Positions 37,553-50,811 are shown, counted from the first letter of the stretch. The stretch: 64,000 bases of DNA from Eledone cirrhosa (GCA_964016885.1 OZ024740.1:65782001-65846000), one strand, 5' to 3'. Notes: a model not told the origin generated them from the letters alone. Made by a program: numbers and translations.

Positions 37553-40500
37553 TCCGTAAGTAGTTGATGGGGTCGAGAGTACCTTAGACGACTTGAAAAT
37601 GGAATTACCGAGCTTAAGGAATCTACAGGAATACTCGTCCATGTCGACAAAACCAACAACCTTTACAGCTTGGACGTTCAACTTTACCATGAGCTAATCC
37701 TCAGAGAATTGAGAAAAAGCTACAACAAAACGCCCGAGGCTACCCTGGAGGATATCTACATCAAGGCTTATGAGATCGTATCTGGTCTTGGCATAGATGA
37801 TAGGACGGCCCCATACCAACCAAGGGAGCCGAGGGTTACCATTAATGACCACAAACAACACTTTGAGTCTAACCTGCCGGTCATACTGATAGCCCCCTCC
37901 CGGTCAGACATGGGGGTTTTCAGCAAAAGCATTTTAGATAGGATCCTACCAACACTTAAGAATAAAATTAGGTTACAACTATGGTGCTGCACCAGCCATG
38001 TGTTGGACTGGTTTACATTTTTACTTGACAAACATAGGACTAGCTTCATACACCTAGACATCAACAATTACTGCTCCTCTATCTCGCTCATAGTCCTGAA
38101 CAAGGCTCTCATATTCGCGATGAATAGGACAGAACTAACGCGCGACGAGGTCCGAATCATACACGCCGCCAGAAAGACCCTGATCCGATTCGGTGGGGAC
38201 ATATGGACCCGGATTGATTGGCCAAATAATTTTGACATTATAATGGGCTCCAGTGACCCCGTACAGCTAACGGACTTGGTTGGGATATACATACTCTACG
38301 AGATCAGGAGCGAAATACCCAGCCTGGGTGGCGGGCTGTACCGAGACGATGCACTCTTCACCGTCGTGGCTGTACGACAATGGTCGAAAATATGAAGAGG
38401 ATATTTAGACACTTCTTTAGCAAGGTAGGACTTAAAGTAAAGATGGAACCTAATAGAAAAGTAGTGAATTTCCTGGACACCACCCTCAACCTCAACAGCA
38501 AGCTACACCACCCATATCATAAACCCAATGAGAAGCTGGTGTATATCAACGCTGGGTCCAATCACCCTACATCTATAGTTAAGGACGTAGTTAAGAGTGT
38601 CTCTGACAGGATCTCTAAATTGTCTGCAAATAAAGAGATCTTCAATAGTAATGCTGATTACTATAACTCAGCACTAGCTAAGGCATCCAACAGCCATAGG
38701 AAGAGCTATAACTCTAAGGGACATGATCGAGATGAGCCAAGGGTACCTCGGGCCAATACCCTCATGGGCAAGGGTCGCCCACCTAACACCTCGCTGACCA
38801 GTAGTAACACTCCCAAACCCTTATCCGTCACCACCCCCGGTAGTGGGTCCCGCATACCCCACCGGGCTAATACCTACAACGCTGAAGACGACTGCGGTAC
38901 GGGGCATAGGCACCCCTGCGCCGGCCACACCACCCACCGAATCATAATTGAGCAGGGAGGCCGCACCACGCAGATCTATAGCCCCACGGTGGGCCCTTAT
39001 AACGCTCATGATAGTGACAGCTCCGCACACCTGAAGGACACCGACCGAGCTCGATCTGAGCTGTGCACAACCCCGCGATGGACCACAGCGGACACCCAAC
39101 AACCCCGCAAGAATAGGACCAGGAAGGTCACATGGCATAACCCCCCGTACTCGGTGGGTCTACGTACCAGCCTGGCTAGAACATTCTTTAGAGTACTGGA
39201 TAAATGTTTCCCTAGGGACCACAAGTACCATAAAATATTCAACAAATATTCAAGCAGACGGTGAAACTTTCCTACTCAACCACACGCTCCGTAGCCCAGC
39301 ACATAGCCGGCAAAAATAGGAATAGGCTCACTTCCTCTAATAACCCCGTAACCACCGGACCCACCTAACGGAACCAGCACGCGGGACACACCAGGCCCCG
39401 GACAGGCCCATCTAGCACACTGGAACCCAACGACCCTGTGCTGATTGCGGCGGCTACCCAGCAAACCCCGAGTGATGGTAACCACGCGGTACATGTGCTG
39501 GGCTTAAGAAGTCAGGCAATTGCAGAGACCCATCATTATGCCCCCTTAGCAATGAATGCATGACGAAAAACATAGTCTACAGGTGCAAGGTCACAAACCC
39601 TAACTCGGAGCACCACTATATAGGATCCACGACGACGAGCTTCAAAAATAGGTCGTATAACCTTCGTCATTCCTTTAACAGAATAGAAAAGAGGAAATGT
39701 ACGGCCTTTTCTGTATTGATCTGGAAGTTCAAACTTGAAATGACCCCGCACTCTCTGGTCTGGTCCGTGGTTAGAAAAGTCCCCCCAGACAGAGGTGGTT
39801 CTGGTATTTGCAACCACTGTCTTAGTGAGAGACTTGAGATATCCCATGGCGGAACCAAGCTATTAAACAGAAGAGCCGACTTATTCGGCGCCTGCAGACA
39901 CCTAAGGACGGGAAATTTCCTCAAGCTATAATGATAAACCCCGGTTCTGGCCTCCCACAACTAGTAGGTTCCCTACACCCCGTTTCAATGACCAATGGAC
40001 TACCACCACCAATAGTTTGTGGTCCCTACGGTGGATTGTCCACCGGATCCTCATCTGGTTAGGAGGCAACAAAACCTCGTTTAATGAACCTAAGGAACCC
40101 CTACCCCCACCCCGGGAGTGGCCCACACAGGAAGAACAATCATACCAAGGTACTAACCCTATACACATGAAGGAGTGCCCGAAACCGTACATAGTGTGTG
40201 TATACAGGGATTACGTGAGTGTACACTCTCATGTGAACGAAACGAGATAGAAATACCCCTGGTTGCATTTGAAAAATGTTCAAGTTTATGCTTAGGAGTA
40301 TGTTGTATATACTATCTGGTATGAGTGCACATGTGTATATAGACACACACGCGCATCCAGTGGTATAAAAGTGTGGCTGGGTATGTGTATCTGTACTCAG
40401 GGATTCGCCTAAGCTCCAAAGCCCTCAAGCTATTGCTGTGAAGATATATATCACACTCTACTTTGTCTAGTCTAAACAATAACTTTTCCAAACACCCACT

Positions 40501-41324
40501 TTACATTTCTTTAAAAATAACACCTACCTAGTTTTATGTCTGCCTTATACTTGGATTTGGGGGCCTCTGTCGTATATATATGCACTTGTGCGTGCATATA
40601 TATATACACACCTGTATATATTTGTGTGTGTAGATGTGTGTGTATGTCTGAGGGGGTAGGTGTGAGTGTATGTACAAGTCAACCGACATAAGTCTTTTTA
40701 TTTCTAATCTCTCTAAGTATTTGACTCTTACCATAATTTTCAGTATTATCAGCTGACATAAATTCCTCAATTTGTATGTGTGGATATGTGTGTGTCTGTG
40801 GGGGTGGGTGTGAATCTATGTGTAATTCAACCAACATAAGTCTTTTTATGTGTAAATTTTCTAGTATTCTACTCTAACCATAATTTTTAGTAGTACAACC
40901 CTACATAAATTCATCAATTTAAGATTGACCTGTAGTATCGAATTTCATACTATAAACCCTAATTGAATATATATCTGACCAGGAATGCTTTTTGTGAAAA
41001 TCAGTCATATGGAACTATTATCATCTTGCCTGATGGTTTGAACTTTACAACACCACCTGCCTCTTTGAGGTCAAATACCAACCCTACTAGCATCTACAAA
41101 CTGACCAATGAGAATTAAGATTATTCCTGCTGACAACATTAAATTACTTCTAACAAGCTCATATGTCCCAATGCTCTGATACAATCACCATCATAAACAC
41201 AGAGCTGGCACATCTAAGAACTGACTAACTGCCTGATGAGGTCATAGCCACTCAATGGCTATTATCGAAATATATAAAGCAGTATATAAAGGATTATGAG
41301 TTTATGCAATTGACTTATGTTTCG

Positions 41325-41328
<4 letters not shown>
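37553..41328 (+). mobile_element. Decayed Naiad-type PLE with long 3' UTR and HHR, between (TA)n tracts
   Basis: VDKTNNLY, LDINNY, FDIIMGSSD..QLTDLVG, GGLYRDD, VNFLDTTLNL and SNHP. GIY-YIG at 39560-39931 (NIVYRC..YIGSTT..R...CNHC..E..CRH). The link between the ORF and the distal UTR is inferred. Confidence 0.88.
41228..41283 (+). ncRNA. Minimal type I hammerhead
   Basis: ACUGC-CUGAUGA-GGUCAUAGCCA(CUCAA)UGGCUAUUAUC-GAAA-UAUAUA-AA/GCAGU. Confidence 0.75.
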
Positions 41329-41388
<60 letters not shown>

Positions 41389-41537
41389 TTAGTTAAGCAA
41401 AACAAGACCACATATTTCACAAGGAAGACGTTATTTGAAGAGTGTCAACATAGTTGCAGTTTAATGTAAGGAATAAGGAGTGTAATTATAGTTCAATGTA
41501 AGGAATAATAATAATAATAGTATTAAAAATAATGTCC

Positions 41538-41659
41538 GTTTACAATTGTTTCGCTACTCCTTATAATGTTTCTGGATCAATTGATTATAGATCATTATTG
41601 ATCTGGTTGAGATAAAGATAAGTAACTTAGGTAAACATTATGGAGCGCCTCTTCAGAAG
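41538..41659 (-). ncRNA. Type I hammerhead with ~95-nt stem II
   Basis: (C/G)UU-CUGAAGA-GGCGCUCCAUAAUGUUU...AAACAUUAUAAGGAGUAGC-GAAA-CAAUUG-UA/AAC. Confidence 0.65.
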
Positions 41660-41959
41660 TTCAAAAGAGATAATGAAAATATTCATAAATATACGAGGTA
41701 ATATATAGATACGCTTAATACTGCTTCGACAGAAGAATAATGCTTGCCTATAGCAGACAATCGATAGATCCAGGACAACGTCGTGAAATAGTAATATACG
41801 GAACATGACATTCATGTAACCATCTTTCTTTACTTTATTTTATATTCCCTATTCCATCGTATCGTTATCATTATTTTCATTATCACTTTTGAAGTTCTGA
41901 AGAGCCGCGCCATAATTTTTACCTAAGTTACTTATCTTCATCTGAACTAGATCAATAAT

Positions 41960-42251
41960 TGTTTCTACTTTAGGCACAAGGCCAGCAATTACCCAGTGCA
42001 TTACTGGTACTTTATTTTATCGACCCCGTAAGGATGAAAGGCAAAGTCAACTAGATCAATAATTGTTTCTACTTTTGGCACAAGACCAGCAATTACCCAT
42101 GGTATTACTGGTACTTTATTTTATCGACCCCATAAGGATGAAAGGCAAAATTAACCTCGGCAGGATTTGAACTCAGAATGACAAGGGCCGTAACTATATG
42201 CGTCAAAGCATGTCGTCCGACCCCCTACCGATACCGCCAATCCACCGCCCT
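41960..42251 (-). mobile_element. Two tandem Meta-like SINEs (one truncated, one near full-length)
   Basis: Target sequence AACTAGATCAATAAT occurs three times (41945, 42049, 42253). B-box GAGTTCAAATCC on the minus strand. Confidence 0.82.
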
Positions 42252-42344
42252 GAACTAGATCAATAATGATCTATAATCAATTGATCTATAAACATTATAT
42301 GGTGTAGCGAAACAATTGTAAACGGACATTATTATTATTACTAT

Positions 42345-42458
42345 CCCGCCGAGGGATAGTAATAATAATTTGCCTTTCATCCTTATGGTGTCTATAAAAT
42401 AAAGTACCAGTAATCTACTGGATAATTGCTGGCCTTGTGCCAAAAGTAGAAACAATTA
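42345..42458 (+). mobile_element. Truncated Meta-like SINE in (TAT)n
   Basis: GCCTTTCATCCTTATGGTGTC..AAAGTACCAG..GGCCTTGTGCC. Confidence 0.7.
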
Positions 42459-42790
42459 TTATTATTACTATTATTATTATTATTATTATTATTATTCCTT
42501 ACATTAAACTATAATTACACTCCTTATTCCTTACAGTAAACTGCCACTATGTTGACACTCTTTAAATAACGTCTTCCTTGTCAAATCTGTGGTCTTGTAT
42601 TGCTTAACTAATGAATATTTCCAGCTCTGTGCACATAATATCTGCATGGACCCAGCCATCTAGCTGCCTTCGACTGCATATTGCACATTGAGCACATGCC
42701 TTTACGCTTTTGGCTTCTAACAAATTCACCAATCTCTCCTCTCCTCTCCTATCTCCATCTCTCTCTTTAAGATTGGTTTACTCTTGAACC

Positions 42791-42858
<68 letters not shown>

Positions 42859-42898
42859 GAAAACACAGGTAAGCAATAAGAGAAGGATTTTATCCAGG

Positions 42899-43000
42899 TA
42901 TTTACGACCGTTTCATTGTTAAGTGCAACCTTATATTGCTATACTGCAAATAGCAGCCACTCAATTATAATTGTTGTTCACAGTCCAAATTTTCAAAATA
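42899..43000 (-). ncRNA. Candidate hammerhead with U3:A8 core and long stem II
   Basis: UAUU-UUGAAAA-...-GAAA-CGGUCG-UA/AAUA, 45 nt from a (TA)n tract. Confidence 0.4.
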
Positions 43001-43341
43001 GTGAATAAGTTACTCTTGAAATAATTATTAATATATAGAGAAAAACATTTATTTGGAATTGTATTTACTAGTATAGAGAGAGAGGAATCAGAAGGTGAGG
43101 GGACAAACGGAATAGTATAGAGAGAGAGAGGAAGGGGGAAGAGTTAGGAAGTAGAGTGACAAACGGGAGGGGTAGAGGTGGGAGGATTCCTTGAACGGAA
43201 TTCTTACAAATTTGTGGAGTTACCCCTAACCGTACCTTGAAACCATCCATGAAACTGGCTTTCTTAAATACAAACTGGATCACAAAAAGCAATTTTCTGC
43301 TTCCCTAACTATATATATTTATATATATATATATATATATA

Positions 43342-44530
43342 CATAACAAACACATTTTAATTTACTTGATTTCTGACTTTGAAGTCCCAATTTTAAATCT
43401 TGATTTCTCTTTATTAATTTGTTATTTGTTTTCTGCCCTCTTCACTGTATCACCTTATATTTATTTTTTAAGTTGAGATTGATTATTACACAAACACATT
43501 TTGTTTGATTATCTTATTTTAACATCTTGTCCCTCATACCAATCTATCCAACATATTTCTGACCTTGAGATTGGGTATAGCACACACACACTTTATCCTA
43601 CTTTATTTGAATCTTCATTTTATTTTTCACTTCTCCATATTCATTTTTATTACTTTTTCACCAATTTTCATTTATTCTTTATTCTTTATTCTTTATTCTT
43701 TATTCTCTATTTATTATTTATTTTCAAATTATACAAATTATATTATTTATTTTCTGTTTTCTTCATTTATTGCCTTATATTTCTTCATATACATGGAATA
43801 ACCGCCCCCCCCCCACCACCACCACTATAAGAGATGGTGGCAGGAGAGATGAAGAAAAAACACACACAGATACTTCTAAATTGTCAACAGAAGCAAGAAA
43901 TAAGCTGACCACAACACCAACAACACTACCAAAATAATGGTAGAGGTCAAATGTACTTAACATTAGCAAACACAAACACTACAGGGAGCCTCACCCCAGA
44001 AAGAATTCTATAGACTTCTGACTGAGGAATGCTCTCAGAACTGACCAATGGGAAGTTTTACACTTTCTTTGTTATTCTGTTCCTTTAACACCTTGACCTT
44101 TCTACCACTTTATCAATTTTTTAAGCTAACTCCAACAATAACAACACTTAGAATGAGGAATGTACTAAAAACTGACCAATGAGAGGAGAAGAGTCCCTTT
44201 GACACTGAAATTCATTTGTTTGAATTCATATGATTCCAGTTCCTCAGTGAAATAACAACCCAACCAGGAACTGGGCATATCAGAGTATTGACAATATTAT
44301 ACACCTCAACCACATATGTACTTGTCTATACCACACTAATTCGCACTGCCTGAAGAGGTCACAGCCAACGATGGCTGTCACTGAAATATATATAGCAGCA
44401 ATAAATGAAGATAAATTTGAAACATTGACTTTTTATCTAACTTTATTTTACATTACTCCGGAGTAACCAAACCAACCTGCGCACTTCGTCAAGTGCTCTA
44501 GCCTGCATACTGAGGTGTTGGTATACAACC
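43342..44530 (+). mobile_element. Solo PLE 3' UTR/pLTR related to the 41.2-kb family
   Basis: Its HHR is homologous to 41228-41283, it shares CTGACCAATG motifs, and it has microsatellite flanks. Confidence 0.55.
44346..44398 (+). ncRNA. Minimal type I hammerhead
   Basis: CUGC-CUGAAGA-GGUCACAGCCA(ACGA)UGGCUGUCACU-GAAA-UAUAUA-UA/GCAG. Stem II covaries with the 41.2-kb copy (UAGCC/GGCUA vs CAGCC/GGCUG). Confidence 0.82.
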
Positions 44531-45529
44531 AACATATACTCAAAATCTACATACATATATATATACACATACATACATATATGTGTCGATATAGATAGAT
44601 AGATACATGCATACATCGAGACATATTCATATTTGTGTATGTGTGTGTGTGCTTGTCTATCTATGCATTTACGTATCTATTTATGAGGTGTATATCACAC
44701 ACCGACTATCACTCTATGTTAAGCATATACTAAAATAATGTAATTAATACATTAAATATATTATAATTTAAAGAAACTCTCCGATTTAGTAAATTCTCTA
44801 AGATTTTTGGCGAGGAATGTTTGATAGCAATAATATATATGTGACGCCTTATATATTTTGTCGATTCCCCCCTAAAAAAATCATAAAACCATTGTATTTA
44901 TTTAACGCTCTAATTAGCTATTTTCCTACGCATGTATAAACTTAAACAAATATAAACTCTGCGCTCATGTTTAATTTCCATATACAAATAAACATTGTAT
45001 TAATTCCAAATTGTTATTCATTAAAACGCTAATGATATGTCCTGAATAAATCGGTACGTTGCAATCTAATATACCGTTTCTTTAGAGGATATTTTCCAAT
45101 CTTAAATTAGTTCTTTATTAATTTGTTTTCACGGATTTTCCTTTATGAAAATGTGTGCTAATTTACGAAGTAGTCTTGACGTCCAGCAAACAATCAGATA
45201 CATGCATAGAATTAATTCATTATTCTAAGCATTTTTATTTCTAAATGTTACTTCAATGTCGCATTTTATCTCCGCTGTGTCTACATTTCGTTTACTCAAA
45301 TCGATTAAAAATCTATTGACAAGAATTTAAATTAACTGTTTAGTTTTTGTAAGCTTACTTCAGTAAACGAATAATTAGAATAATATTTTTTTTTTTTATT
45401 TAAACATAACCTAAAGCCAATATTCTATATAATTTCTAAGATATTTCAACCTTTTAGCAGTAATCCGATTCAGTAAATGTTATGCTACGGTTAAAGTGGA
45501 CATTGTTTTTATCTACATCAAAAATATAA

Positions 45530-45902
45530 TTGTTTCTACTTTTGGCACAAGGCCAGCAATTACTCCAGTGCATTGTTGGTACTTTATTCTATCGATCACG
45601 TAAGGATGAAAGGCAAAGTTAAATGCGGCGGGATTTCATCTCAGACCGTAAAGGGTCGTAACTCTATGATGCAAAGCATGGCGTCCGACCCTCTACTGAT
45701 TCTGCCAATACACCACCTTACATCAGAAATATAATTGTTTCTACTTGTGGCACAAGGCCAGCAATTATCCAGTGCATTACTAGTACTTTATTTCATCGAC
45801 CCCGTGAGGATGAAAGGCAAAGTTAACCTCGGCAGGTTTTGAACTCAGAATGGCAAGGACCGTAAATCTATGCGTCAAAGCATGGCGTCCGACCCTCTAC
45901 CT
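45530..45902 (-). mobile_element. Two tandem Meta-like tRNA SINEs
   Basis: Two copies of about 185 bp, with target TACATCA(G/A)AAATATAAT at 45514, 45719 and 45903. Confidence 0.82.
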
Positions 45903-46843
45903 TACATCAGAAATATAATGAATTTGGAAAAGGCGTGAATGTTACTCAATCTAATGTTCATCATCCTATTATGATGTAGCGTATTACAGCTAGCTAAAGA
46001 AATATTTCAGGTGTAAATTTGAAAGAATTGTAAAACAAGCATCATATGTTAATGCGTGTTCAATACTAAATAAGCCACATTAGCGACTCGGCTTGTCATT
46101 TGTTTACTGCCATCTCACTAATCCAGAATAATTAAATTCATCGTTAATCTATACAATAGGAATACATTATGTTTATTTTGTTCGCTGTATATGCTATCAG
46201 CATTTTTATATCAATCGTGCCGTCTAGAATATGCAAGCTACTTGAATTCATTAGTCTTTTCTTTCTGAAAACTTATTACTGTATGAAATGACGAATATTT
46301 AGTTGGTGTATTCCAGGTAATCAAGGCGTTCGAATAAAATGCTGTATTGGCATTCCTAATAAACAAATGGCGAGACATGTGGAGACGTAAAAGAACGATA
46401 ATTTGTAATTAGTTTATTGTAATATCTACAGTGTCATGAATAAGTAAATATACAGCGTAGAATACCTAATTCTTCTATGCCTTGTGACAAGCTCTTAAAA
46501 AGAATAAATATTATCTCCTGTTATTGACCTATGAAAGCCACATCCTTTTCGCACTTAACGTCCTTGAAATGGCATAAATATCACAATATTCTCTTGTTAC
46601 TCTCTTACCATGTGTACCTTACATTTGTACCTACCTCTAAAAGGAACAATAATTAAGGAAATTTAATGACTGCTGTAACTGAAGCGATGTACTCTTCAGA
46701 GTCCAGGCGCTGAATGATGAATACTTTTTTTTAATATCCTGTGATGCATTCACATAATTATATGCATTTGACATAATCTCATAATTGAGAATAATGTGTT
46801 TTAAGCCTCACCAAATATAAACATTTTGCAAGCAATATAGTTT

Positions 46844-46880
46844 TCTTCACTATGCCACCTATTAGGTGGCATAGTGAAGA
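46844..46880. repeat. Perfect 37-bp palindrome
   Basis: TCTTCACTATGCCACCTA-T-TAGGTGGCATAGTGAAGA. Confidence 0.9.
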
Positions 46881-47445
46881 CTCATATTTTATAGAAAGCC
46901 AAGTCGACAACACAAATATGAAAGTAGCAATATCTAGCCCCAGCAATGTGAACTGATAATGTAAACTGGTGAATCTTTAACGACGTTACCCTCCCCCTTA
47001 TAGAAAGTACTAAGTTAAAAATAAAAGGCTTATCACACAAAGAGTTTGGGTTGGGGTTTCTTATGACTAAGTTATGGATAGAAATACACACAGAAAGATA
47101 TTGTAAATTCATTTTAAGCAACCAGCCATTATACATTTATTGAATGAGTGTTTTGATACAAAATGTTGCATACAAATGTAAATAAATAAATAACTAAATT
47201 ATTAGCTTAAATACAAGTTTGAATATTTTAATAGAATCTTGATATTGTAATCGCTTCATTTAAAAAAAATTCCTAAAATAATAATAATTCTCATTACAAG
47301 AATGAATTATTGCTTTTATTAACAACGTTTTAATTTAAAAGCTTGAATAATGTATTGTAATGTCGCACAATACCAATTATCAAGTACACGCAAAGACATA
47401 GAGTAAATAATTGTGGCATATTCTACGAAGGTAATATTTGTAATT

Positions 47446-48448
47446 TCTCTCTATATAAAACAGAGCATGTCTGTCTGTAAATCCCTAAATATCGAGAAGT
47501 ACCCGACCGATTTTTTTCAAACTTTACAGATGCGTTACTTATATTTCTTGAAGTGCAATGAACTACAAATTTAACTTATTTTGCCCTAGGGGCCGCATTA
47601 GGAAAAAAACGCATTTTTTAGGCATTTTTAGGCTTTCTTGAGGCGTAACTTAAAGGTAATCCAGCCGGTTTCCTTGCAATTTGCAGCACATATTAGTTAG
47701 TCCCCTCACATTGCTGTGAACAAAAACAATTTCCCATTCCATTAATGGTTTCTAGGAAATTTATGAATTACCATTGGGTATTACATGCCATTTTCATTTT
47801 CAATATAAACGCTATGTAAACATCGGAAGTAGCGTATAATATTTCGTTAAAAATTTGGTTTATTTAACAGAGGACACAACACTTACTTACTTTTAAGCAG
47901 GACCATTTTAGGGGGATTGAGGAAGTAAAGAGGACCTTAAAATATTTGTCGGCGCCATGTTGACGTTTCGTGCTTTCATCACGCGCAAATCCGGGCCCTG
48001 TGTACGTTGCCTTGATATTGACGCCGTAAAACTCACGTCTGTGTTACTTCTGCCGTTTTTGTTGACCGTTTTTGTTGCACCTACACATCAGTATGAACGC
48101 CCTGCTCAAGTACGCCGAACAGCGGTTGTGCTAATTCCACGGTGACCCCTTTTGTCGCACCTTTGTTGATGTATAAACGCAGTGCAACCAGTGCCGCCCG
48201 GCGTTTGTGCTAATTGCACTATGACCCCCTTCTGCTGAAGCTGCGTTGCTCGCTGATTTCAACAACTCAATATTCCTACTTAAACGTGCAACCCTACTTA
48301 GATTTCAAACATTTGACTACGTCTCTCCTCAATCATTCCCTGAGAATAAGGGAATTCAAAAAGTTCACAGCTACATTCCTCAATCTTTACATATGCGTGT
48401 TGCTATTTCACGTTTCCTACCCCGTGCAACACCGGGTCCTGCTGCTAG
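47446..48448 (+). mobile_element. Non-autonomous Helitron-like element
   Basis: TC start and a 5' part homologous to the element at 10364. 3' CCCGTGCAACACCGGG hairpin followed by CTAG|T. Confidence 0.72.
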
Positions 48449-48749
48449 TATAATATACAGTAATAGCTGCCATATCGGAGCGTGTATAACCAAATGTGTA
48501 ACATATATGCTGGAACATATTTCTGTTATACTTTGCATTTATGTTAAACTTCGTATAGATTTGACATTTCACAGGGAACAAATTAAGGCAGTAGTTACAA
48601 ATATGAGAAAAATAATTGAATTGTTAAGTAACATATTTATTCAACATTGACATGTTGTACAGTATTTACTCAAGAGTTAATTGTAACCTGATTAATACTT
48701 TGAGGTCAAAGCTAAAACAAATTAGCATGTGTTTAAGGAAGTGAATATT

Positions 48750-50300
48750 TAATTGGGGCTTGAATGTTAATAAATGAATGAAACGTTTGTACAAATGTAG
48801 ATACTGGTGAAGAGCATTAAGTCATATTTCGGAACATCTTAATTATGATACGTCAGGGGTTGTTTAGGTAGAATAATATTTGGGTGTCGATGGTTAGCCT
48901 GATATTACTGATATTGTTTGAAAAAGTACCCCTCGGTACTATTGAAGATCATCGTATCATTTCTTCCTTAGTTTGTTTGGAATTATGTTTTACAAAACAA
49001 GGTGATATAAAGTGTAAAGAAATGTGCTGTACACGTGTGTCTTTTAATTTGTTTAGTTATTAAACATGATCCCCAAAGTGGGTGATTTTGAAAATTACTT
49101 CTATATTATATTTAAGCAACACTCTCAGGAAGCATGATGCAGCATTCACGTCGGCAATAGAAAGAATAGGCACTGCGTGATTAAAATGTAAATATCTGAA
49201 TAATCCACGGTCTGAATAATTTGCCGGGGCTTGCTGTTGGAGTGGATTAATGATATATATGTCTGCTTTGTCCAGGATGATAAATTGTGGATTTCCCAAT
49301 AATATTTCCTACGTTAACGTTCGTGTGATCCACAGGGAAAGAAATGAGCTATAGTATTTCCCCTAAATGACCCCTTCTTTCACTTGCAATATGTTTGAGA
49401 ATGATTTATTTATTGAACAAATAGGTTAAAAAGTATATCTTTGTTAAATGTTATCTACCGTGGATTTCCTGTTGTTCTGAAAATTATTTTTTTCTATTCT
49501 AATGTAATTTCTGTCAAGTTTAGTTGATGCTCTCTGTAGACATTTATTTGATAATTCTGTTCAATTAATCTTTGTTTTAATTTTCAAATGGTCGAATGAT
49601 TTTCATGAAAAGCAAATCCTTTGATTTTTGGAGATATATATTATTCTATATATATTCAAACGATTAACAAGCCACCATGATATTAGAAGTTATTTGGGAA
49701 AAGCATCAATAATTGATGGACCATGTATATTTGAATTACAGGTTTCCTGTTATGCAAAGCAAATTCCGAAATAGGTGGACTGGGTTGGGTATGCCTAGTT
49801 TAGCCTTTGGAATTTGGACACTATAAAAAGATGTACTACATCGTTATCTGAGAGTAATTTTTTGTCTGTTGAGTAACGTATATTGTGAGACTGGATGATA
49901 GATACTAGTTCTAAATCCTACTTTTTATTTATCCAGCTAGGGAAAATACGTATTTGGATAGAAGAAAATTATCTCTAAAATATAACAGTGTCGTTACTGC
50001 TGGCTTATATGGTAGTGGCATTTGAGTGCGTGTCGAACATAAATCCATATACTCTAAATATGCATTCAATATTGCATTTCCATTCGAAGAACTTGATATG
50101 TTCAACAGTATATCTTCTGTTAAAACGGTGACATTTAAATATATGAAATACCTCTGGTTTAAATATATTCCCATCACCTCTTATGATTTCAAAGAAAAAT
50201 TTCAAAGAATTATCTGGCTTTAAATACTGTGAAATCAACGTTAGAGTAATGTGTTATATTGATATCGACGTAACCTCTGAAATAATCCATTGGCGCTGTC
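48750..50300 (-). mobile_element. Possible ancient non-LTR RT remnant
   Basis: Spaced minus-strand fragments KSFDH (about 49600), QVKEGVI*G (about 49370) and DYSD (about 49195) resemble RT motifs. Very decayed. Confidence 0.3.
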
Positions 50301-50411
50301 GATAAATAGGATATCAACCATTTTATTGAATAGTTCAAACTAACTGGCAGGAAGATCTATTAAATGAAAGGGATACACATTCGTTTAAAGAAAAATGATA
50401 TATCGTCCAGG

Positions 50412-50811
50412 TGTGTGAACGACATCTCATCTCTCTAAGATTATTAATTAAAACAGAAGGGCTTTAACGATTACAAGGCTAATCTTTTATTAAATTATTC
50501 ATTTAACAAAACACAACATAATAATTACATTCATAGGACATACCCTGCAGGCTAAACGACAATGGCTTAATTCTTACATTCAAGAAGAGATATGAAAATC
50601 TCTTGGTCAAAAACAGGCGTTTTTACAAAGTACGTCCACGTGGCAGGACAAAGGCGACTGGAATTGAAAACCAAATCTCTTGAGTTTTACATTGGCGTCT
50701 CTTCTTTTAGAGAACGCCGAGATAAGGGAAGTAATTCGCTATTTTTTGTGTTACCCATAGGTGGCGACACTGCGTTGCTATAGTCAACACACTGTCGCCA
50801 TAGTTACTACA
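50412..50811 (-). repeat. Putative 3' LTR (~400 bp)
   Basis: Minus strand begins TGTAGT after the purine-rich GGAGGTGA, contains AATAAA and ends CACACA. There is no second LTR to confirm it. Confidence 0.55.

Larger units (their letters stand above)
41385..42791 (+). mobile_element. Fold-back PLE-type element, right arm interrupted by SINEs
   Basis: Left arm 41385-41680 is inverted relative to 41875-42617 once the SINE insertions are removed. ~170-nt tail, (TA)n flanks. Confidence 0.78.

Noticed and set aside
50762-50800. Hairpin TGGCGACA...TGTCGCCA
   Set aside because: It lies within the putative Gypsy LTR, so there is no need for a separate element.
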